This document shows, one piece after another, positions 1-13,689 of a stretch of DNA of 64,000 bases. Source of the stretch: Camelus ferus (taxonomy: Eukaryota); NCBI RefSeq assembly GCF_009834535.1, contig NC_045696.1:42906001-42970000 (forward strand), given 5' to 3'. Numbering within the stretch: the first letter of the stretch is position 1; every line of letters starts with the position of its first letter. The notes below the pieces were generated by a model. That model was not told the DNA's origin and made no database searches. It was given only the letters and a program-made list of their open reading frames with translations. Made by a program: the position numbers and the translations under genes.

Positions 1-1269
1 ATAAAAAGCCATTTATTTTCTAGAGAATTGTAGTGAAACAAAATATGGCCACAGTTTAATCACAGTTCTCAAATGTGCAGCGATACCCATGGCCTCCCTC
101 TGCCTCAGCTCGTTTCTCCGCATGTTCTCCTTACATCATTTTTAAAACTGCTTTTCTTTTGGACTCTGGAGGACAGCAAAGCTTTGGGCAACTTCATCTC
201 TGAGAATGATTCTACCCTTTGCAGCTTCTGATCCCTCCAGTGCTATTTTTCTGAATGGATTTGTTTTCGTTCAGCAATGTTTAGAGTACACAAACCAAAC
301 TGCATGTGAAATACTGCCCACCTGCAAAAGCTCTCAAAGGGCACTGAATGAGGTAACCATGCCATGCAGGAATGATTGTTTCTGGGATAAGAGGATGGAA
401 CTATACAAAGGCAACGCTCTCTAGGTAAACCTGAAATGAGTCATTTGACATATTTCAAGGGGCAAACAGAGCAGTTTAAATAAGACTTGTTTAGTATCAG
501 AAAAGATAGAAACTGATAGAGCTATGTGTTTGTTTGCTTAGATTGGCTCCACGTTTGCCAACCCTAAAGATTAGCTTTTCTTATATATAATATCCTTCTT
601 TTCTTAACTCCTTCCTTTTTTCTCCTGTCAAGAATTTCCAAGTGCAAATCTCTATTCCTAAGAACACATGAAAACCTCTCAAGTTCATTGTACTCTTTCC
701 TTGAAATGCCTATTGACATTATCCAGATGCTTAATTATATTTACCTCATGATTTCACATTATTGGTTACCATAAATATTTTCTCTGTGAAATATGTCATA
801 GGCAGAAAATTATTTGTATGTTTCATCAAAGAATAGGGAAAAAAAAATCAATGTCCATATTACCCAGCTTAAATATAATTGCTTCTGATTTTGAAGCCCC
901 TATGTGAAATATCTGTTTATATATTTTCCAAGTTTGCCACAAAATTGTCTTCTTACTGTTTTCTGGAGTTAATTTTATATTCCAAATGGAATCCTTCCTC
1001 AGTTAATGTGTTCAAAATCATATCTAAGTTTGTGGCTAAAATACATATATAAATATTTATACAAAATAAAGGAAATTATTCTTTATGAACTTGGGATAAG
1101 AAAGGATTATTTTTAAACAAGATATAAAAACACAAACTGTAAGGAGAGAATGGGACGTTTGTACTACATTAAAATGAACATTAATTTTAATTAAAAAGTA
1201 AAGAGAATGTAAAAACCCAAAATCATACCACAAACAATTATGTTTGTGTAGATATTTTTTCTCATCAAT

Positions 1270-2200
1270 CTGAAGACAGTATTTCATTCTCTTCTGACTT
1301 CCTTTTTCGCTATTGAGAACTGTCTGATTGTGATTCTTTTGTATATATATCAACTGTTCTTTCTTTTGTTGCTTTTTAGACCTTCTCTTTTACTTATTTT
1401 GCTCTGCTATTTTACTATGGCATGTCTAGCTGCGGATTTTCTTTTTATTAATCCTGCTTGTGATTCTTTAAGTTTCCTGAATCTGAGGAAGGATATCTTA
1501 GAGAAAGTCTAGGGTATTATTTACTGTTATTCCATTGAATATGGCCTTTCTCCTAATCTTTCTATTCTCAACTCCTCAAAATAAGATTAGGCAGAATTGG
1601 GCTTACTTGCTTAATCCTCACTATTTATATTTTTTTAATTTGTCTTTCTGAATAATTTTCTGTAGAACTATGTCCCACTTCACTAATTCTTTCTGCAGCT
1701 ATGTCCAATGGCTTTTAACTTGAAGCATTAATTATTAAAATTTGAAATTTTAATATTAGTATCATTTCCATTTTAATACTAATATCATTGATTTTTTAGT
1801 ATATTTTCATTTTTAAAATTTTAACTTGTGCTGTTCTACAAACTTCTCAGAATATTTTGTTGATGTATTGTTCATGATAACGTCAATGTCCTTTGTTTCT
1901 TTACATGTAAATACAGTTTATATTTGATGATTTCATCATCTGCAGTTTAGGAATCTGACTCTTTAGTTTGACTTTTCTGCTGGGTTTATATGATTATATG
2001 ATTCTTGTTGGGTTTCATTATTTTGTATGGGGACTGCTCTTTGGAATTCCATCAACAGGAAGGATTTGAGGCCTTTATTTAAAGAACATTTATATTTGTT
2101 TTCTCCAAACTCCTGTAGGCAAACTAACATGGGACTGCATTAGATTAAATTTTTGTTTTCATATCACTAAGGAAACAAACGATATGATTTCATGATACAA
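1270..2200 (-). mobile_element. Ancient, highly decayed L1M/HAL1-like fragment (ORF1-side region)
   Basis: T-rich stretch with 'ctattttactatggcatgtctagctgcggattttctttttattaatcctgcttgtgattc...ttcctgaatctg' and 'cttcactaattctttctgcagctatgtccaat', which resemble the antisense of old L1/HAL1 ORF1 consensus. Boundaries are approximate. Confidence 0.6.
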
Positions 2201-3514
2201 ATGTGTGATTGTGAGCTTATGGTTAGGGAAGTTTTTGGTTTTTTCTTTTTTCTTTTCTTTTTTTTTCCCTTTCTACTCAATTCCATTTCAAGGCCAAATC
2301 AAGCAGGCATACTTTAGCAGGGATTGGGTTTGTTTATTTTCGGTTTGTTTTCCTAATTCACTTACTGAGCGTGTTATCCTTTTGCTTTCTTTGGAGAATT
2401 CTGAGTGATACTTTCTTTGGAGGCCAAGTTTTTTTCTCGTTTCTCTGGTGTGTGATTCTTTTAAGCCTCATGTATGGCCTCTGAAGATTGACAGATGACT
2501 TTCAGCCAGATGTTAACTTTATTGCTGCCTTGTCCTTATTCAATCACATATTCTCTTTTTTTCTGGCTTCTCTTCCCCTTACAATACTGCTAGTGCATAT
2601 GTAAGTTAATATACATATATTAAATATTGCAGGATTTAGTGTTCTGTCTCAGGAATGGTTTCTCTTTTTCGGTTCTATCCCATCTTAGGATTTTTTTCTC
2701 ATTGTAGTTATAAACTACTTTTAGGTATAAATATTACCATAGTTCTCACTGAAACTAGTGTATATCTTGCTTAGTTAATGTATTTAGAAGGTGCTAAATT
2801 TTCTAAAATGGATTAATGTTAATATTTACTCAATGACTGAAAATCTTGTATATGAGTTGCAGTCTTCACTCATGCGTATTGGAGATGTGTGTCAAATAAA
2901 TAAAATCTCTATATTGAGATTGAATAAAATGCCTTTAATCTCTATAAGGCATTGTGTCAATTCCTGTGATCACAAGAGGCAGCAACTGAACTCAACTGGC
3001 TGAAAGTAATTTAAGTTGAATTTGATGCCTCTCAAAAGAGTAAAAGAAAATACCTTATTAATTTAAATTTTTATATAGTTGCTACAATCCCTGATGCTGG
3101 AAACATTTAAAAAATTATATATGTTGGACTTAATTGGAGTGGTGTACCCAGTTGAAACATAATCATTGAATTTTTTTAACTGACTAGTAAAATCTTTAAG
3201 TGCACTGAGTTTTTTAATTTAAATTTAATGTGCTAATTTGCTTCTTTGGAGTAAATATTAAGAATTCAGTCTAAGTTAAAAGCCCTTCCAAGGGTTTGGG
3301 GAGAGTGACTGAATTCCAGTATTTGTTCTCAGGAGGAGAGATCAAGATTAGTTCAATCTACCAAAAATAATATGTAACGGTGTAAGAATCTGAATGTGAC
3401 TCGTTTATCTGAATTAAAGCGGAAAGCTGCTAATGTAACCCGATATTTTTCTCAGTAGACTGAGTTAATTGGTTTTAGAAGAAAACATCCCATAATATCA
3501 AGGGCATATGTTAT

Positions 3515-3690
3515 GAATATGTCTTATCAATGATACTATCCTTGATCACTTAGCTGAGGTAATGGTTGTCAGATTTTTCCACAATAGTTTTTTTTCTTCC
3601 TTCCACAGTACTCTTTAGAAGGAAGTCACTATGAACATCCTACACTTTCCTTTTGGGGATTTATGTTCTACCTCCATAAGGAGGGAGTTG
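3515..3690 (-). mobile_element. L1MC/L1MD-type 3' UTR fragment
   Basis: 'ccttgatcacttagctgaggtaatggttgtcagatttttccac...tactctttagaaggaagtcactatg' resembles the antisense of the L1MC/MD 3' end. A related motif occurs at ~58170-58200. Confidence 0.65.
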
Positions 3691-3974
3691 CTATTGCTCT
3701 CCTGGCATTGGAAATATGGTGCAACTTAATGTACCTTCCAATTCAAGAATTTAAATGATGGATAAAATATCTTTACAAATTCATTTAAAATGGATTGCTG
3801 AGCTGGTACAAAAGAAAATAATCTGACAACATGAACTTTTAAGAAAAACAGAACACTGGATGGTAAGGATATCTTTTATTTTGGAGATTTCCTTTGAACA
3901 CTGGACATGATGAGCTTTCACTTTGATGGTAACAGAAGGTTTAAAAAAGGATAAAACTGAGTCACCCAATAATG

Positions 3975-4320
3975 GCACTGTGATGTGCCATGCAACCCCC
4001 ACTTCATCGAACAATAATTTGTTCAAGCTGCTGAGAATGTTGCCAGTAGATAACCTCACTCTGTCAGAGTGTCAGGAAATGCCTCAGGGCTGGCCAGTGA
4101 TCTCCCAAAGATGTTGGATACCAGAGTACAAAGTCCCTCTTGGCTTCTCAGGACTTCCCTGAGGGCCATTCTAAACCCACCACTGAGACTTTCAAAGGGC
4201 CTGCATCACAGATGAACTTATCCCTCTGCACAATTCTGTTTTTTCTCTCTTGCTTACAAAGAGTTTGATCTCAGGGCTCTTCCTTATTAAACATCATGGA
4301 TGTTAATTCCTCAGACTATG
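3975..4320 (+). mobile_element. ERVL solo LTR, LTR16-like
   Basis: 3' half 'ctgcatcacagatgaacttatccctctgcacaattctg...gtttgatctcagggctcttccttattaaacatc' resembles the LTR16 family end, including a variant poly(A) signal ATTAAA. Confidence 0.6.
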
Positions 4321-4359
4321 TACATCAGTAAAAAAAATTTTCAAATTAATAATTTTTTT

Positions 4360-5960
4360 GAATTTGCATTTTTCACTGAATATTATGTTTGTAAAATTCA
4401 ACCATGCTCTTGTCTTCATGATATATAAATAAATTCTAGCTTTTGATAGGAGAAGCTGCAAAGGGAATTGCAAAGGGGTGTACACATAAGGAAGAGAGGA
4501 ATTTGAGGCCATTAAACAATCTACCACAAGAGGTTAGACTTAGATAATATCATATAGTTTTCCTAAGAGTGTTTTGAAATTGCCCTAGCAATGTGTAAGA
4601 TTCTATTGCTGTATTGATCTATATTGTGCAACACTTGAAAGTATCTAACTGCTTAATTTTTCTAGATTGAAATGGTATAAGATGATAAATCATTTTAGTA
4701 TCAATCCACATTTCCTAATTACTTATTTTGAACATCATTTCATACATTTACCATTCATATATTTTCTTTTTTATAAAATGCCTTATCAAATTGTTTGCTT
4801 TTTAAAAATTCGTTTATAGCACCTTTATATGCTTGAAAATATTTTGTCAGTAATATGTGTTGCAAGTATTTACTTCAAGCATGCAGTTTAGTTTTTGAGT
4901 TTTGAACTTTAAGATATCCATTGATCAAGAGAACTTCTTAATCTTCATATAAAGTAACTTAACAAGTATTACTTTTTATTTTAGAGATTTGGGTTTCTTG
5001 TTTTAGAAATCTTTGTTCAATCTCAGATTAGAAATATTAGTTATATTAGTTATATTTTTAAATTTTCAAATGTTAACTTTACACACTTAAATTCTTAATC
5101 TATCTGGAGTTGTCTTTCTCTCATCTTTAATTTTTTCTTTCTTTTTCATTATAAAGTGGGAGATAAGTATCCAATTTTTTTCCCCTACAGGAAAAAAATT
5201 TAATGGCACTTTTATCTCTAATTTGCCGTTGTATCTTGGTCAGATACCAAAACTCTGTATATATATGATTCTATTACCTAGTCTGTTCCATTCAGCATTT
5301 AGTCTACCCTACACCAGTACCAACAATCTTATTTAATATGGTTTTATAATCATATTCACATATGGTAAAGCAAGTAAATCTATAGTTTTCTTCAGAATGG
5401 TGCTTTGCTCTTCCATATACATTTTAGAGAAAATTGCTCAAATATTATTAAAGTCCTGTTTAAGATTCTGATTGAAGTTTCAGTAAATTTATACATACAT
5501 TTGGGGAGAAATGCCATCATCCATTGGGGAGAATTATCTTCACATCATGAAGTCTTCCCACCCACATGAGCTATGTCTCTTATTACTTTTAGCCATTTTT
5601 ATTGACTTTTAGTAATATTTCATGATTTTCTGGGGGCAGGTGTTGCATGTCCTTGATTATACTTTGTTATGATTTTTAATATTTTCTATTTTAAATATTT
5701 TTAACATTTTTATAGCCTTGGCTAGTGTATGGAAGTTCAATTGAATTTTGTATATTGATCTTTAACATTTGATTAAACTCACTTTATCAGTAGTTTTTGA
5801 AACCTTTTGCTTCTCTATGTAGATTCTATCATATGAAAATTGTGACCAGTTTGTTTTCTTCTTTCTTATTTTGTCTTCAATATATTTTTCTTATGTTATC
5901 ACACTGATAAACACGATTAAACAGAAAGGGTGAGAATGGGCTTGTTTATATTTTATTAAT
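4360..5960 (-). mobile_element. Old L1 (L1ME-like) ORF2 3' part, decayed
   Basis: Collinear antisense L1 ORF2 landmarks: 'ttgtcagtaatatgtgttgcaagtatt', 'ttaatctatctggagttg', 'ctttgctcttccatatacattttaga', 'tttggggagaa', 'ttttgtatattgatctt'. Confidence 0.7.
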
Positions 5961-7790
5961 TTTTGTGCAACATCAATGTCACTAGATAAAAGATCATTCT
6001 GATACAATTTACAAAGGTGTTTTCAAAAGGACAGTTGCTGCTGTTAATTTAGACTTCCTGTAAGCTACAATATAGAAGGAATAATACAGATTTCAAAGGG
6101 ACAAAATCTTTGGTTCTCATGTTAGTCCTGCACTCCCTGGGTGGTGGCTTTGGGAGTTTCTCAGGGAATTGATCTAATATGTGTCTCTTAGAGTTGAAGT
6201 GAGGAATCAGGGAGCAGGTTAATATTTGGAATAGAGCATGTACCTAAATAGATGAGGCCAAATATTACCAGATCTTACTGTGCTATAGATACAAATGGGG
6301 GCAAGTTAATATAGTGTATGAATAACTGCATTTCCTCTGCTTATCACACATAATAAGTATTTCTGGAAGTTCTCAGAACAGATTCACATGTGCTTCCTTA
6401 TTATAGCCAGTTTCCCCCAGGCCTTTGCACTCTTTCGGCGAGTATTTCTCTGATGCAGGTGGCTCTTCTCTGATTTGTGGTCACCAGTGGTCCTTTAGAC
6501 ATGCTAAGAGCTGTTGATAATTGGTGCTGGTTTTATCAGATGATTGAGTGGAACTCTTGTGCTGTTCATAGCTGAGCTCTCTCTTGGCTGTCTCTGTCTC
6601 TCAAAAAGGCCAAATCACATTCTGGTCTTTCTCACTGTAACAAAAAAGGCTCCTGCCTCTTGGTGTACATGCTGGAATGATGATAATGCAGCAGCAGTGT
6701 CTATATCTCACAGGAAATAACTTTCATTTTTACTAACAACTTTATTTCTCCCTTGGGCTTGCATGTGGGGCTGGGGAGTAGGGATGGAAGTGAATTTGAA
6801 TAAATTTCATACCCCTGAACTTGGAATCACTCCCCCATTAAACAACTAAGAGTTTCTTTGTAGCTTCAGTTCAAACCTAGGCACTGAGATTTCTTCTTAT
6901 AATCAGGGTGGATTATTTAGCATAGATGCATACATAGATTTCTGTGAGACCCCATGCCACAAATTTGAAACACAAGCCAAGATAAATCGGAACCACAAGC
7001 AGTAGACAACGCTGCCTAGGACAACCAGAAATCACTCCTATAACAATGTAACAAAAAAAGATTGTGCATAGTATTTCTATCTGATTTAACCTTATATCAG
7101 GAAGGGAACACAGTGTAGTCTGAATAGCATTACTCCAGAGTAACTCAGGTTGGACTTCAGTCAGATTTTCTCGATTTAATTTTCACCAGAAGTTAGAATA
7201 AGTTTTTGCCAATTCAGGGTCTTACTCCTTGTGAAAGAGTTTTAATATCTATTTCACAGTTGCTGTTATTATGCATTTAAATTGACACTATTTTTGGAGG
7301 TAATTGCTTAGGAAGACGTCTCTATTGGACATAATTCTGTTTTGAGATTTAATTCTTAGATCAAATTTGTATAATAACATACAAATACTGTTATTTCTGT
7401 AAAACAGACCAATTCCATGATAAAGTAGGTGAAAGCAATTTTTGATCGTGCTGCTTGTAGATAAAACAGTACAGTGATTGTACTTTTCACTTTTTAATCA
7501 GGGATGGGTAGTTCAACCCAATCAAAGAGTGTTAGAGTATATGTCATGAATGACATTTATATATCTGAATTTGTGACTATAATTCTTATTTATATCATTT
7601 TTATGTTATGGGGCTGATTATCACCAAGAATAAAAATTTGACATTGTGTCATGAGCTATGTGTAACAGGAAAGCCAGTCACGACAACTGCCTGTCCAAGA
7701 ATATATGAATATCTGACTTATGCAGAATTTAAATGAGAATCTCAGAATTTCTTAAATAATTTAATGCTTAAAAGAAGCCTAGTTCAAGTA

Positions 7791-8091
7791 CTTTACTAAT
7801 GACAGTAGTCACTATGCTGAATGTTAGGTCTGTTAGAACTTATTCTTCTTATAACTGAAAAGTTATGCCCTTTGACCTACATCACCCCTGAGAGTAGATC
7901 TTAAGCATTCTTCCCCCATCTCACACACACACGGAAGTCACCTATGTTAACCACTTGAAGTGATGGATGTGTTAGTTATCTTGATCTTGGTAACCATTCT
8001 ACAACATGTGTATATCAAATCATCATGTTGTACATTTTGAATATATACAATTATATGTGTCAATTATTCCCCAGCAAAATTAAAAAAAAAA
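7791..8091 (+). mobile_element. Short L1MA-type 3' end with 5' inversion (twin priming)
   Basis: 7795-7887 is the reverse complement of the L1MA 3' UTR segment lying just upstream of the sense segment 7888-8091, which ends in poly(A) at 8082-8091. Degenerate TSD: aaaagaagcctagttcaagta (7770-7790) vs aaagaaagacctaattcatgta (8095-8116). Confidence 0.8.
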
Positions 8092-8291
8092 TTTAAAGAA
8101 AGACCTAATTCATGTAGAACTGTAAAGATAGCCAATGGTATGCTTTTGCAAATGAGTATAGTTTGAAAATAGATATTCTTCATTTTCGAAAACAGAATTA
8201 AGAATTGCATTTTTTCTTCTGTTAAGTATGAATTAAGGCTATTTGAAAGAACCTTAGTGATATTAATAATATTGCATCATAGAGTCATAGT

Positions 8292-8503
8292 TTTATTATT
8301 TTCAGCTATATTGAGGTATAATTAATAAATAAATTTGTAGGATATTTGAGGTATACAACTGATGATTTGATATACATAAACATTGTGAAGGGATTTCCAC
8401 TTCGGGTTAATTAAAACATCTATTACCTCACATGTTTATTTATCTTTTTTTTTCCTAATGAGAACTTTTAAGTTCTACTCTTTTAACAATTTCAATTATA
8501 TAA
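8292..8503 (-). mobile_element. Short L1MA-type 3' end
   Basis: 'cagctatattgaggtataatta...tgatgatttgatatacataaacattgtgaa...catctattacctcaca...ttctactcttttaacaatttcaa' is the antisense L1MA terminus. TSD-like flanks agtcatagtttt / agtcataatttt. Confidence 0.8.
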
Positions 8504-9229
8504 GTAAAAGTCATAATTTTCTGAAAACTGTCTTGAAATTTTTGAGCTAGATTTACATCCATGGGGATTATCAAAATTTCTGTTTGTCTCTTGTATCTGA
8601 AAATTTATAGGCTGTGGAATATATGACTAATTCTTTAAAGATAAGGCAATAAGAACTGTTATGTAATGTTCTATAGGATAGGAATTTCTGAATTTCGCTA
8701 TCAAAATCCTTCCAAGGCATGGGAGGTGTTTGTTACACAATAAATTGATACCCACTCACCTTGATGCTATTTCCTAAGGCCTGAAAAAGTAATAAGAAAT
8801 ATATTTTATAAGTTAACATTCCAATTCAAAGTGTTTTTGTTGTAACAAATCTGTACACAGAATTTAACAGCCACTTCTCTAGCATGACTTGAATTATTCT
8901 AATTGAAATACATCAGCTACCAAGTAAGGCCATAAGCTGGAGAGATTTTTTTTCTCCAATTGCACACCAGAGGATTTATTAACACAGTGATAGAAAAGCA
9001 TTCTTTCCTATTATTAGGCCAACATTTATTACTGGCAAATGCTTGGTTAATTTTCATTTGATTGTCTTTCATCAAAACATTCTTCAGTGTATCTGCTTAG
9101 TAAAAGACTAAAGGTTACTTTAACATTTAATGAAGTAGGGATGTTATTTTCATGTCACATAGTGTTTATATCTCCTTTAACTGTAATCACTAGTCCACAA
9201 GTCCAAAAGACTGAGTTGAGTCATGATAT

Positions 9230-9427
9230 CAAATATATTGAGCATTGATAAGTAACCTATGGCCAGCTGACCATTTAATGCCCGTGTAGCTTTGTAACTT
9301 GATCCATAATAGTACCATTATTGTGTAGAGGGAAAACGTGGCTTGAAGAGGTGAGATGACTTCTCCTGAATCATGCATGTGGGGACAAACAGAGTAAGGC
9401 CTGGAGAGTGGGCATTCCTAGATCAGA
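9230..9427 (-). mobile_element. MIR SINE, decayed
   Basis: 'ccattattgtgtagagggaaaacgtggcttgaagaggtgagatgacttctcctgaatcatgc' resembles the antisense MIR core (ccattttacagatgaggaaactgaggctcagagaggttaagtgacttgcccaaggtcacac). Confidence 0.6.
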
Positions 9428-11574
9428 TTTGTATGGCATAGGATCTTGAGAGGAGACAGACTCTGAGAGTTGGAAAGTGATGACAGTGTATATGATGTTG
9501 ATCAAATCAGTGCATGTGTCCTGGAGGCATATGTGCAAGGAAGGACTGAGGTCTTGCTCAGTAATGCTGTAAAGGTCTACATGAGCCATCCTGCTGCGTT
9601 TCAGATGGGTACTGTTCTTCGAGGGGAGATGAGAGGAATCTATTCTGGGACAAGATGAGTGGAGGATGGGAACTTAAGTGCATCAGGAAAGGGAAAAGAG
9701 ACCCTCTCTTGACTCTAAACGTGGAGCCTCTTGATTCTAAATGTGGAGCCAGAGGGAGAATTTTTTCAGAACCCTAACATGATTCAGAGGGCCCTGAGAA
9801 CAGGAGCTGTGAGTCTCTCCTCTGATGATTACTAGGGAGAATGTATAGTAATAACTGTGAATATAAAAATCCCTAAACATATTTGCAATGATAATGTTTG
9901 TAATAAAATTCAAATGATTACAATAGGAACACACAATTCAAATAAAAGTATAAATATTAAGAGTTACCATGAGTGCATATTTTATAATGAAACAGCAAAG
10001 GGAACTGGCTTCAGAATTGACATAGCAATAGCAAAATCTGCTCAAAGGCACTGCAGTATGTACTTGTTATAAAGCTTTTGGAATTTTAACTAGATTAATG
10101 AAGTCATTTAGTGACTAGGAAATACTAAAAGAATATTGCAGATACTGAATTTCCTGATATTTGCAGTGTAAGATTTATTAAACATAATGGTGTCTTAAAA
10201 GTGAATAGTATTCTGGTGCAAAAATTGTGTTCCTCTCTACCATAAAAGATTAGATCTGAGACTACTGACAACATTCAGGCTCTCTCTCTAATATCATGGT
10301 GTTACTCAGCTGAAAATTGTTTGGGATTTACTTGATTTGCTGGGAACACACGTTTTACCTCTTCGTTAAAACTAGATGGATTATTTGTGTAAAAATATTT
10401 TTCTGCTGCATATTCTTAGAATGATAATTTTATAGAGAGAAAGATCATGATGACTTACATACCTGAAATGATAAAATAAATCTAGGAGTAAATCATCACA
10501 TAAAAATCATTTTTGCCACCTCTGTCAGAGTAAAATTAACTTTGGGAGCTTTGTTGTGCACCCACTATCACACTTTTGTAGCCTATATGAGACTGACCAA
10601 CAGATCTTGGGTTATGTTCACAGAGGTATGAGGAAATAGAAAATCGAGCTGATTGAAGATTTTTTTTTCTTTAATAGTATGTCACTTGAGGAAAGCATAG
10701 ATTGAGGCCTTGAGGTCTCTGTAATATTTCACCATATTCCTCAGATACATATTCAACTTTATTCCTCTCTTTCTTTGTAAACATTTGACCCACAATTCAA
10801 GGTCAGAGCTTTACTTAGTAATCATTTGTAATGGCCCTTTACAATATCATTCTATAGAAATCTAAGATGAGAAAACATTTAGTAGTTCAACTCTTCTAAT
10901 TGTCTAAAAATAGGCCACTTAATCTTTAGGTTGGCACATTAATGAGCTGCCTGCATTCCTGTGGTAAGCCTCCCCACCACAGCAACAGCAAAACCTTCTC
11001 ATTTACGGAAGATCAATAGCCATAGTGCATTTTTCTTTATGCAGTCCAGTTTACAACTCACTTTTAATAACATTTAAAAGTACACAAGCAAATCCTACAT
11101 GACATTTTTATTACCATTGTAATATCTCAAGTTTAATTTTTGGCAGTAAACACAGTCTGGTGCAAACTGAGACGCAAAAAAAAAAAAAAACTTGAGTTTT
11201 AAGTATATTTTTGATTTATATGCTAGTTTGACTTCTGGGGGTAAATAACTATCTTTGTAGGAGACACCTGTGCCTGTGATAAATCTTAAGTCATTTGATT
11301 TTCAAGTTATCTCTAGAGGTTATGTTTTATTTGTTTTTAATAGACATTACATTTTAGGAAGCCTACAAAGTTAAAAATTACATGTTTTTAAAGGCTTCAT
11401 ATGTAGTATATCAAATGGATTTTAATGGACCCAGTTTACTAATTTGTGTTTTTGAAAAGCTCCAAATTAATTGTAGAGTCCAGAGAACCAAAAATGATTA
11501 TTTTACCTTTAAATACATGTTTAATCATTGACACAAATGTTTAGAATCTGTTAGATAAAAGGGAAAAATTAAAA

Positions 11575-11820
11575 GCCAGGACTCTGACATCACGCAGACT
11601 TTCGGTTTCAGTTTCTGCCCTGCATCTTCAAAGTTGAGTAATCAGGGCAAGATAATTTATCCTTTCTACATCTCAATTCCCTTATCTGTAAAAGTGTGTG
11701 TGTGTAAAAACAGTCTTTACTGTGTAGGGTTAATGTAAAAATAATTGTAAGATTACAGCTAAAGAACACAGAGTATTTAGAAAGTAATCATCACACACTA
11801 AATGTTGTTTCTTATTATTA
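11575..11820 (+). mobile_element. MIR SINE
   Basis: 'ggactctgacatcacgcagactttcggtttcagtttctgccctgc...agggcaagataatttatcctttctacatctcaattcccttatctgtaaaa' matches the MIR core, and the element ends in 'aaatgttgtttcttattatta'. Confidence 0.75.
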
Positions 11821-11953
11821 GCATCTTACTCTGGTCCAGAAATGGATTTGGTGGAGACTGATGGAGGGTGAGGCTTCCCAGGGTAAAACACACAGAATTA
11901 GTTCTCTGTAAAAGTGAGTATAAGTCCAAACTCAGGAGGGCTGCTCAGAACAC

Positions 11954-11967
11954 ACGCCAGAGGGCAC
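11954..11967 (+). promoter_or_regulatory. Candidate CTCF core motif
   Basis: ACGCCAGAGGGCAC matches CCRSYAGRKGGCRS at 13/14 positions. It lies in non-repeat DNA and retains a CpG. Motif match only. Confidence 0.4.
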
Positions 11968-13689
11968 TCTGCCATTATCTTGGCCACATGTAATAATGGT
12001 TCCCAAACTTTGTAGGTAAACCTGCTTAGGTTGTTTTTTCTGACTCATGATTCCTGCGCCTCAGAGAGAAATCAGAACAGTGATGTCAATTTGAGTTTTC
12101 AGAAGTTAATACCAAAACATGGTAAAATATACACTCATGTAAGATTCACAAAATTAGTGATTTTTAACTATTATTAAGTTATTAGAGCTATAAATGTAGT
12201 ACAGTATAGTCTTTTTTTTTATCTGCTTTGTCTCACTTTTGTGTTACAAATGAAGCATATGAGTGAAAAATTCTGAGCACCTTTGAACAAAACAATGAAA
12301 TAATATAAATAGTATTGTTGCTGACCTAGTTTTTGGAAAAGACTCAAAGCAAGCATGGAAATGATAGTAATTCTTGAATTATATGTGTGTATTTGAAAGA
12401 ACTGACTTTTCAATGACCTATTATTCTAAAGGATTTTTACTTTTCTTAGTTTTGTATCCAAGAAGAGTATGGATTTCTGAAATAGCTGGATTTTGACATT
12501 CGTTTTGGCCGTTACAAGTCTTAGTAATCCAATCAGCAAAGCTTTTAATTTCTCACTGTTTTTGAATGCTGTTTTGGCCAAAAATTGGAGATCCAGCAGG
12601 GTAGAGTCCACTTCGTCTTGGCATCTAGTAAGGAGTGGTTTAATGACTGAACTCTCACAGCACGCTCAGGCTGAATCATTAGTGCTGTGTAAAAACCTTA
12701 TGATTTACTTATTGTGCTCCCTCTGCTTCATATTTTGTTATTTTTAAATGGTAACACACCATGACTGTTTTATGTCAAGTCACCTTAAAACTGGCTGGTT
12801 TCTGTACATTATCAATCTAGGATATTTTAAAAAGGTTAAACAGGTTTTAGTTTTCAGTGCAGTATTCAAATATGTTTATTATGCAGTAAAATTGGTTATA
12901 TGACATGTTTACATTTGAAATTAAGTATGTAAAAATACATGGAAATGAATGCAATGGCTGCACCATTGCTTTCAATGGAACTTGATGTGGAAGGAATATC
13001 ACACAGTCATGTTGCTTTATGTTGTAAAGATGGGATCTGAAGTAACTACATTAACGCTGTGAGATCATCTTGCATTCTGTGCTACCATGCGTTTTCCCCC
13101 TGTGATCACAGTGTCAGGTAGAGGCAAAGACTTTGGAAACTGTCAGAAGCTCTTTTGCCTGGAATGGTATGTCTTCCTTTCAAGTCTAAGGATTCTTTCA
13201 CAGAATATTATACATAAAATGATCAGCACATCAACCTCTTTATTGACCACAACCCTCTAAAAAGCTTGGCAAATGAGTTTTTATTTCAGGTATTAATTAT
13301 TAAAATTATTTTTTCTGATTCACTTGTGCTTACTAAAATATCTCAAAATAAATTGAAATCTACACATACATATAAAATTCATTACATTAAAGCTGGCACT
13401 CATTAATTTATTTTTTAGGTAATAAAGAATTAATAGCACTGATTTCAAGTTTATATCCACCATTTTCATTGCCTTTTCCATTTATTTACTATTAGAATTT
13501 CACGTGTGGGAATTAATGAGTATTGGTACGAAGGAACATCTCTATTGATTGTAAAATATTCTAGTAATTAAAGACAGAAGGAAAACAGACCTTTGGAGTA
13601 TTAGTTAAAATACTTTTTTCATTTTTTTAAATGTATCTTTTGACTTTGCTTATAGTGAATTTTGCCATGTGGATTAATTTATATGTAGA

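Noticed and set aside
9430..9700. Possible LTR16/LTR33-like remnant
   Set aside because: Only a short 'cagactctgaga' similarity, not enough to call.
11124..11200. A15 run as a retrocopy tail
   Set aside because: No TSD, no canonical AATAAA and no recognisable element upstream. The nearby 9-bp inverted match is compatible with chance.
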